Shown: in pieces, positions 55,667-64,000 of the stretch
How positions within the stretch are numbered: position 1 is the first letter of the stretch
Layout: every line of letters starts with the position of its first letter
Assembly: GCA_938084645.1 (NCBI GenBank)
Contig: CALKEP010000008.1
Span: forward strand, 1 to 64,000
Length of the DNA stretch: 64,000 nt
Origin: an uncultured Phycisphaerales bacterium
GTDB taxonomy: Bacteria; Planctomycetota; Phycisphaerae; Phycisphaerales; SM1A02
Direction: 5' to 3'
Notes under the pieces: generated by a model
What the model was told of the DNA's origin: nothing
The model's database searches: none
Seen by the model: the letters and a program-made list of their open reading frames with translations, nothing else
Position numbers and translations under genes: made by a program

Positions 55667-56784
55667 AGGGGGAAGCCGACCGGGCGGGGGGCGACCCCGT
55701 CGATGTGACGCGGATGGTGCTCGAGACGTGCCGAAATCTCGAATTCACGCTTTCGGGGATCTGTGACGCGTCGCCCTCCAGTCACGCCGACGAGGTTCGG
55801 GCCTGGATCTCGGCGGGCCGCCATGGATCGATGGAATGGATGGAGCGACGGCTCGAGGAGCGGCTCGACCCGGGTGTCTACCTGCCGGGGGCGGCCTCGA
55901 TGATCGTCGTCGCGGATCGATACCACGATGGACGCCGGGACCGGATCGATTCCAACGGTCCCGTCCGCGGCCGGATCGCCCGGTACGCCCGAGGCCGCGA
56001 CTACCACAAGGTCTTGAAGGGTCGACTCGTCAAGCTCGCGAGGGCGTTGTCGGCCGACCATCCCGCGGCGACCTTTCGACCCTGCGTCGATACCGCGCCG
56101 ATTCTCGAGCGTGAGCACGCGATGCGGGCGGGGCTCGGCCTCGTGGGCAAGAACACGCTCCTGATCGAGCCCGGGCACGGCAGCTGGTTGCTGCTCGGGG
56201 CGGTGGTCTCCACGCTTCGGCTCGAACCGACGCCTTCGCGTCACCCCGGCGGGGACCCCTGCGGAACCTGCACCCGGTGCATCGACGCGTGCCCCACCGA
56301 TGCGATCACGCCGTTCTCGGTGGATGCGAACCGTTGCATCGCCTACACGACGATCGAACACCGGGGCGACATCGCGCCCGATCTTGCGGCGTCGACGGGC
56401 GACTGGCTCTTCGGGTGCGACGTCTGCCAGGAGGTCTGTCCTCATTCGGTGCGGAAGAAACGACGTCTGCCGCTTCCGATCCATTCGGACTACGCACCAC
56501 GCCGTGACGGCCTCGGGCTGCTCGAAGTGCTCGGCTGGGACGATGCTGCGAGAAACACCACGCTGGAAGGCACGGCGGCGCGTCGAGCGGCGCTCTGGAT
56601 GTGGAAGCGGAACGCCCTCGTCTGTGCTGGAAACGCACTGCTTCGATCGCCGGGGCGATCGGACGCCGAAGCGCTTCGTGCACGGATCGAGGCGATCGCC
56701 GAGGATTCCCAGGAGAACGCCGCGGTCCGAAGGACCGCGGCGAGCGTGTTGAAGCGTCTGGTTGATTCGGGCGAGGCGACCTGA
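55663..56784 (+). CDS. queG: Epoxyqueuosine reductase
   Basis: ARYARGRDYHKV, VDTAPILER, CGTCTRCIDACPT and FGCDVCQEVCP. Confidence 0.95.
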   Translation: MKGEADRAGGDPVDVTRMVLETCRNLEFTLSGICDASPSSHADEVRAWISAGRHGSMEWMERRLEERLDPGVYLPGAASMIVVADRYHDGRRDRIDSNGPVRGRIARYARGRDYHKVLKGRLVKLARALSADHPAATFRPCVDTAPILEREHAMRAGLGLVGKNTLLIEPGHGSWLLLGAVVSTLRLEPTPSRHPGGDPCGTCTRCIDACPTDAITPFSVDANRCIAYTTIEHRGDIAPDLAASTGDWLFGCDVCQEVCPHSVRKKRRLPLPIHSDYAPRRDGLGLLEVLGWDDAARNTTLEGTAARRAALWMWKRNALVCAGNALLRSPGRSDAEALRARIEAIAEDSQENAAVRRTAASVLKRLVDSGEAT

Positions 56785-56812
56785 GCCGAGGCGTGCTCGC
56801 CTCGAATTCGGG

Positions 56813-58780
56813 TCATCGCCCGCCCATGCCACCCATCGCGGCGGCCATCTTGGCTTCGAGGGCGGCGACCACGTCCGAGGCGTTCTCGAAGTCGCCGGCC
56901 TTGACCTCCTCGGTCACGATCTGAAACTGTTCGCCGAGACCTCGCATCATGTTCCTGAGCATCGGGCCCGCCATCGAGACCATCATCTCGATCTGGGGGT
57001 CGTTCTTCAGGGTGGCGTCGAGATCGACATGCCATCCGCCGGATCCCTTCGTCGCCTGGACCGCCATGGTGCTGTTCGCGAGCTTGGCCGAATCACCGTC
57101 GACCGATTCCACCGTGAAGGTGGGGAAGGGCGAACTGCCCTGGTTCGAGTTTTCGAAGGCCGCGATCGTGGCATCCGCCCCGAATCGTTCCGTCATCGCC
57201 GGGAGGAGATCCGCCATCAGGTCGAGCTGGGCGGTGAAGATCTGCGAGAGCTCCTTCGCGGTCGAGGAGTCGGCCACCACCACGGAGCGATAGGTCGCCA
57301 TCGCGTTCGCGTCGACCGCCGGGGTGCTCAGGAACTTCGCGAGGGCCGCGGGCGTCCCGAATCCGCCGGACGCGACACCAGCGGGGGCGGCGGTTCCGCC
57401 ACCCGTCGAGCGGGCGGCGACCCGGGTCTTGCGAGCGGCGTCCGCCATGGAGACGAGGTCGGCGCCCTTGATCCCCTCGAGGGCCTGCTGGACGCGTTGC
57501 GTGATGAAGGCGTCGGTGTTGTCGCGGGATCCGGTGTTGCCGAGCGCGTCAAGCGACTTCTGCATGCTCGCGGCGGCTTCCGCCAGGAATTCGTCGCGGC
57601 TCGCGATCAGTTCGGCGAGGGTCGCCTTGAGGGCGGCGTCGTCCGTCAGGATGCCGGTGGCGAGGATTCGGGCGACCATGTCGGCGGTCCGGTTTCGAGC
57701 GGAGGCCGCATCCCAGGCCACGCGTCCGCGGGCGAACTCGGCGCCGGAGATCGTCCTCGAACCGATCGACGACTCGGCCTTCGAGCCACCGCGGGTGAGG
57801 ACGCGAGCACTCTCGGCGGCGCCGCTGAAGTCGTCCATCGCCTGCTGGAAACGGGGAACGATCTCGGTCGACTCGATCCGCTCGAGTTCCTTCATCGAGG
57901 TGAGCATGCTCGAGGTGATCTCGGCGACGTCGCGTCGAAGGGTCTCGGCGTACGCGAGATTGTCGTCACGGCGGTTCGAGACCCCGTCACGAGCTTCGCG
58001 GGCCCGGTTCATGATGTCGTTCTGGCCGCCTTGTCGGGCTGCCGCGACGCGCAGGGTCGGGGAGAGCGTCTGGATCGAGATCTCGTTGCGTGCCGCCTCG
58101 ATCCGATGCGCACGGGCCTCGCTTCGGAAGTCGATCGAATCGTTGATGTCGTCGAGACCGTCGAGCGGGCCGGCGTCCACGCCGAGTCGCGCACGCTCGG
58201 CGGCCTTCCGCTCGAGCTCGCCGGCCTGTTTGATCTGCGCGTCACGCTGATCGCTGGCCTGCGTGAGGCCGTCGTTCAATTCGGAGATCTGCGTCTCGGC
58301 CGCGGCGATGCTCGCCCGTGCGCCGGCGAGGGTCGTCTCCAGCACGAGGTTCGCCTGGGACGGATCCATCGACTCGGCGGCATCCGCGGATGAGGCCAGA
58401 AGTTCCGCATCCTCGGCGAGGCCTCGGATCAGCGTTCTGGTCATCTGGGCGACGGACTCCAGCCGTCCCGCCTCGTCGGCTTCGCACGCGCCGGCGGCGG
58501 AGCGGATGTTCGCCGCGAGGATCGCGGCGGCGTTGGCGTCGCCGGTCCGGCCGAGGTCGTCGGCCTGGGTCGCGAGCCTTCGCAGTTCGACCGCGGTTTC
58601 ATCGATCGTGGTTCGATCCTCCCGGACGATCGGTCGTGACTGGAGGATGGTGTCGTACTCGTTGCTGATCCGTGTGACGCCCTCGGCGCCGTCGGAACCC
58701 GCGTCCCCGCAGCCCATGAGGCCGATGGTGAGGGACGTCGCGAGCAGGGGGATCATGATGAGGCGCGGCCGTCGCTGCAT
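56813..58780 (-). CDS. Hypothetical lipoprotein with long coiled-coil region
   Basis: LMGC lipobox; Ala/Arg/Glu-rich heptads over most of the length. Confidence 0.7.
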   Translation of the reverse strand: MQRRPRLIMIPLLATSLTIGLMGCGDAGSDGAEGVTRISNEYDTILQSRPIVREDRTTIDETAVELRRLATQADDLGRTGDANAAAILAANIRSAAGACEADEAGRLESVAQMTRTLIRGLAEDAELLASSADAAESMDPSQANLVLETTLAGARASIAAAETQISELNDGLTQASDQRDAQIKQAGELERKAAERARLGVDAGPLDGLDDINDSIDFRSEARAHRIEAARNEISIQTLSPTLRVAAARQGGQNDIMNRAREARDGVSNRRDDNLAYAETLRRDVAEITSSMLTSMKELERIESTEIVPRFQQAMDDFSGAAESARVLTRGGSKAESSIGSRTISGAEFARGRVAWDAASARNRTADMVARILATGILTDDAALKATLAELIASRDEFLAEAAASMQKSLDALGNTGSRDNTDAFITQRVQQALEGIKGADLVSMADAARKTRVAARSTGGGTAAPAGVASGGFGTPAALAKFLSTPAVDANAMATYRSVVVADSSTAKELSQIFTAQLDLMADLLPAMTERFGADATIAAFENSNQGSSPFPTFTVESVDGDSAKLANSTMAVQATKGSGGWHVDLDATLKNDPQIEMMVSMAGPMLRNMMRGLGEQFQIVTEEVKAGDFENASDVVAALEAKMAAAMGGMGGR

Positions 58781-58906
58781 GGTCGTCGTCGTCTCCGTCT
58801 TCGAGCCGATTCAGGGGGCACCGGGCGGATCTCGATCCGTCGGGGACCCTCTATGGAATGTGGAAGTGTACCGGTTTCGACGGCCTTGCGACCGCGTTTG
58901 GAGGAG

Positions 58907-60460
58907 TCATCGCCCCCGTCGATCATCGATCATGCCGGGTGAATCGGGCTCGGGGAGCGTGGGGGTCTCGATGACCGGGGCCTCGAAATCGACCGGATAG
59001 GTGGTTCGAGGCCGGTACATCGAGTTCAGCCAGCCGAATGCATCTCGGAGGAGTCGGGGATTTCCGCGGCCGAACACCGGCTTCCATCCCTTGACCTCGG
59101 GGTGCGGGAATCTCGCCTCGTTGCGAGGAAGTCCGTACTGGATGAGCAGGGACCGGCCCGGATCCAGATAGTCCAGAAGGGGCATGTCGAGCTCGTTCCA
59201 TCGCTCGAGGATCAGCAGATTGGTGTAGCGGACCCGCTCGCTCTTCGAGTTGCGTCGATGGAGGAAGAAGCGACCCCCGTCGAGGCCGCCGTGGCACCGA
59301 CTGGTGGCGCAGTTGGGGATGAGCCAGGCGTCATGGACCCGCTGCCGGAACATGTTCAGGGCCGCCGGCTCGGATCCGACCTCGATCCGGGAATAGAGAT
59401 CGCGGGCCTTGAGCTTGAAGAGCAGCTCGGCGATCTCGATGGGTGGGGCTCGAAAGAGCGATGTCCGACCGGCGCTGTCCGCGGGAATCAGGGGACTCGA
59501 GCCGTACTTCTCGAGGATCTCGCGGATCGAATCCGGCGAGACGTGCAATCGCGGCGGCTTTCGAAAGTCGATCTCGTAGACGCGGATGGTGTTCACGTCC
59601 TCTTTGGACAGGATCTCCTTCGGGAGGAGGTCGCGGAGGTCCACGGGGCCCGTGTCCCGTCGGTCTCGGAGGGTCCGTCCATCCAGCGGTGACGGGGAGT
59701 TCGATGCGGCGGAGTCCGCTTCGAGCAGGAGCTGGGCTTCGACGAGCCGAAGGAGATCGATCGCCTGGGGAAGCTTCGAGGACTGGACCAGGTCGGCGAG
59801 TTCGTCCCGGGCCAGTTCATAGGCCTCTTCCTGGAAGAGCCAGGCCGCGAGTTCGTAGCGGCGCAGGTATTGATCGTCCGCGAGGCTGTCGCGAAAGCGT
59901 CGGTACTTCTCCGTGGTCGAGAGATCGAGTCGGGTCTGCACCACGCTCGCCCGAGGAAGGCGGGTGTTCACACCCTCGATTCGGATGACGATCTCGTCGA
60001 AGTCGTCTCGAACCAGATCGCCGGCCAGAATCGTTCCATCCCGCATCTCGACCAACCCCGGCCGGGGCGCTTCGACATCGTTGAGCCGGATGATCCGGTG
60101 GAGCCGCGCCTTGGGGAAGCTCCGGATGTTGCCGTCGAGATCGCGGACGGAGATGAGATCGCGGTCCTCGTCGACGACGATCGCCGCGAGCTCCTCGTAC
60201 CGATCGACCCAGAGGTACACCCGCGACGGTCTTTCGGGGCCCGGGTCATCGGCATCGAGGTCGTCGGGTTCGGTCTCCGCCTCCTTCGGCGGTGCGGAAT
60301 CCGGTGCCGCGTCCGCGTCCGGAGCGGGGGACGGCACCGATGGAGCGGCTGGATCGGTTCCCGTGGGCGGCTCGGCGTCGAGCGATGCCGCGACCAGCCC
60401 GACCGCGAGGATCGTGGCGGTCAGGATGACCAGCATCGGGCCCGTGAGGAGAACGCGCAT
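58907..60460 (-). CDS. Secreted protein with CX4CH putative heme c motif
   Basis: N-terminal hydrophobic segment, two beta-repeat modules, CATSRCHGG and a downstream SLLIQ..PHP. Confidence 0.6.
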   Translation of the reverse strand: MRVLLTGPMLVILTATILAVGLVAASLDAEPPTGTDPAAPSVPSPAPDADAAPDSAPPKEAETEPDDLDADDPGPERPSRVYLWVDRYEELAAIVVDEDRDLISVRDLDGNIRSFPKARLHRIIRLNDVEAPRPGLVEMRDGTILAGDLVRDDFDEIVIRIEGVNTRLPRASVVQTRLDLSTTEKYRRFRDSLADDQYLRRYELAAWLFQEEAYELARDELADLVQSSKLPQAIDLLRLVEAQLLLEADSAASNSPSPLDGRTLRDRRDTGPVDLRDLLPKEILSKEDVNTIRVYEIDFRKPPRLHVSPDSIREILEKYGSSPLIPADSAGRTSLFRAPPIEIAELLFKLKARDLYSRIEVGSEPAALNMFRQRVHDAWLIPNCATSRCHGGLDGGRFFLHRRNSKSERVRYTNLLILERWNELDMPLLDYLDPGRSLLIQYGLPRNEARFPHPEVKGWKPVFGRGNPRLLRDAFGWLNSMYRPRTTYPVDFEAPVIETPTLPEPDSPGMIDDRRGR

Positions 60461-60668
60461 CCGGTCAGTGTCGCCGCAGGACGCGATCACTGCAAGGAAC
60501 TCCTTCGAAACCGGCCTCCGGAGTCCTCGGGCGCGGTAGGCTCGGAGGTGCGACGTTTCCAGCCCGGAACGTGGCATCGATCCCCGCGTGTGGCCCTGCG
60601 ACGGCGGTGGATCCTCCCGAGAGAGGGGTGAACCTCTTCGGTGCTTGAGATTACGAAAGGATGCGATC

Positions 60669-61661
60669 ATGAAACTCGGAGTGATGGCGGCCCTGTTCGC
60701 CGGACGCGGCCTCGAAGAGACCCTGGCCTACTGCGCTGAGAGCGGGCTCGATGCGATCGAGATCCCCGTCGGATCCTATCCCGGTGCCCCTTTCTTCGAT
60801 CCCGCCAAGGTTCTCGGTTCCAAGAAGGAGCAGGATCGGATCAAGTCGATGGTCCAGGACCACGGCCTCGAGATCTCGGGACTCGCCGTGCACGGCAATC
60901 CGGTGCACCCCGTGGCGCGACTCGCCAAGGCGGATCACGCCGCCTTCGAGCGGGCGGTCAAGCTGGCGCCGAAGCTCGGGACCGACGTCGTCATCACCTT
61001 CAGCGGCTGCCCCGGCGGCTCCAAGGCGGATCGCACGCCGAACTGGGTCACCTGCGCCTGGCCACCGGACTTCGCGGACATCCTCGCCTACCAGTGGGAC
61101 GACGTCCTCGTTCCGTACTGGGCGAAGCAGGCCAAGCTCTGCCGGAAGCATGGTGTTCGGGTCGCGTGGGAGGCCCATCCCGGCTTCTGTGCGTACAACC
61201 CCGACACGCTGATCCGCCTGAGCGAGCGGTCCATGAAGGCGTCGGGGCTGAAGGGCAAGCCCGTCCTCGGCGCCAATCTCGATCCATCGCATTTCTTCTG
61301 GCAGGGCATCGATCCCGTCGAAGCGGCCCGCGTGCTGGGCGAGGCGGGACTGCTGTTCTACGTGCACGCGAAGGACACCGAGTTGAATCCGCATCAGGGA
61401 CGCATCAACGGCTACAACGATGCCCGGCCCTACACCGATCTGCAGAACCGTTCATGGTCGTTCCGTACCTGCGGTTGGGGACACGGCCACGACTTCTGGA
61501 AGCCGTTCGTCTCGATGCTCCGGGTGCAGGGCTACGACCACGTGCTCTCGATCGAGCACGAGGACGCGCTCATGTCGATCGAGGAAGGGCTGCAGCGGGC
61601 CATCGAGTTCCTCACCGAATCCATCATCTTCGAACCACCCGCCACGCCGTGGTGGACCTGA
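60669..61661 (+). CDS. Sugar phosphate isomerase/epimerase (IolE-like TIM barrel)
   Basis: HGNPVHP, WEAHPG, NLDPSH, VHAKD and SIEHED. Confidence 0.9.
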   Translation: MKLGVMAALFAGRGLEETLAYCAESGLDAIEIPVGSYPGAPFFDPAKVLGSKKEQDRIKSMVQDHGLEISGLAVHGNPVHPVARLAKADHAAFERAVKLAPKLGTDVVITFSGCPGGSKADRTPNWVTCAWPPDFADILAYQWDDVLVPYWAKQAKLCRKHGVRVAWEAHPGFCAYNPDTLIRLSERSMKASGLKGKPVLGANLDPSHFFWQGIDPVEAARVLGEAGLLFYVHAKDTELNPHQGRINGYNDARPYTDLQNRSWSFRTCGWGHGHDFWKPFVSMLRVQGYDHVLSIEHEDALMSIEEGLQRAIEFLTESIIFEPPATPWWT

Positions 61662-61718
61662 TTCGGCGTTTCGACCGGTCACTCGGGATCGACCCGATCC
61701 GACGAAGCGCGAAAGGCG

Positions 61719-61768
61719 GGATGAGAGACGGCGGCGGCCCCCGGAAGGTCCGCCGCCGCTCTTCATCC
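61719..61768. terminator. Imperfect long hairpin between convergent genes
   Basis: ggatga..cggcggcgg / ccgccgccg..tcatcc. Confidence 0.55.
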
Positions 61769-61808
61769 ACGCAAAGCGTGGGACTCGGCCGAAAGTTCGA
61801 TTTCACGC

Positions 61809-62033
61809 TCAGGCGACGAGATCCACCAGTCGTCCGACGAGGGCGTCGGGGGCGGCGGCCCGCGTCGTCGAATCGATCGTCACGCCGCCGATGCGGAGTT
61901 CGTCGATCACGATCCTGCGGGAGTCCGTGAGGACACCGGCGGATTCGAGCGTCGAGGCCACGCGTCGGAGCAGTTCCGGATCGATCGAGGATCGCACGGC
62001 GGCGATCGGGTTGAGCGGGTTGCGATCTTGCAT
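61809..62033 (-). CDS. Small hypothetical protein (74 aa)
   Basis: Protein-like composition ending VGRLVDLVA; fills the gap downstream of gdh; hairpin after the stop. Confidence 0.45.
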   Translation of the reverse strand: MQDRNPLNPIAAVRSSIDPELLRRVASTLESAGVLTDSRRIVIDELRIGGVTIDSTTRAAAPDALVGRLVDLVA

Positions 62034-62153
62034 GTCACCGGTACGCGACGCGTCGACGCGGGATCGTCGACGCGACCGGGGAGTGGGAACACACCCCACG
62101 CGAATCCGCGTTTCGGCCGCCGTATCGAGGATTCAATCCGCTCGATCGTGGGA

Positions 62154-64000
<1,847 letters not shown>

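Noticed and set aside
15776..56784. Concentration of RNA-modification genes (trmL, queA, RluA family, rlmN, queG) as a dedicated cluster
   Set aside because: Scattered over 40 kb in separate operons; consistent with ordinary core-genome shuffling

Overview
GC-rich bacterial chromosome segment, most likely from a planctomycete of the Phycisphaerales type. That assignment is inferred from C-terminal 'DLNGDG..D..DL...WG' dockerin-like domains, an orphan prepilin, a TPR/FG-GAP/ASPIC-UnbV lipoprotein and kdsB-pyrG linkage. The window holds about 50 CDS and 2 tRNAs (Arg-CCT, Met-CAT). Most genes are housekeeping: tdh-kbl, mrp, trmL, an EF-G paralogue, pyrG, kdsB, def-fmt, queA, murE-murF-mraY, an RluA-family enzyme, rlmN, ispH, hpnCDE-queG and a large NAD-GDH. 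I found no CRISPR array, integrase, transposase or prophage. The most unusual observations are: (1) an intact ~1110-aa indolepyruvate:ferredoxin oxidoreductase-like protein that appears to have lost all TPP and Fe-S motifs (candidate pseudoenzyme); (2) at least 12 genes with a TANNNT -10 box 5-8 nt before the start codon (pervasive leaderless transcription); (3) an ECF sigma factor with a fused Cys-rich anti-sigma-like tail upstream of a rhodanese; (4) a ~780-bp structured non-coding region with a candidate sRNA, convergent with a 40-aa membrane peptide whose -10 box overlaps that of the divergent gene; (5) a gingipain/caspase-like plus transglutaminase fusion protein. All calls come from motif recognition by eye; no database searches were run.
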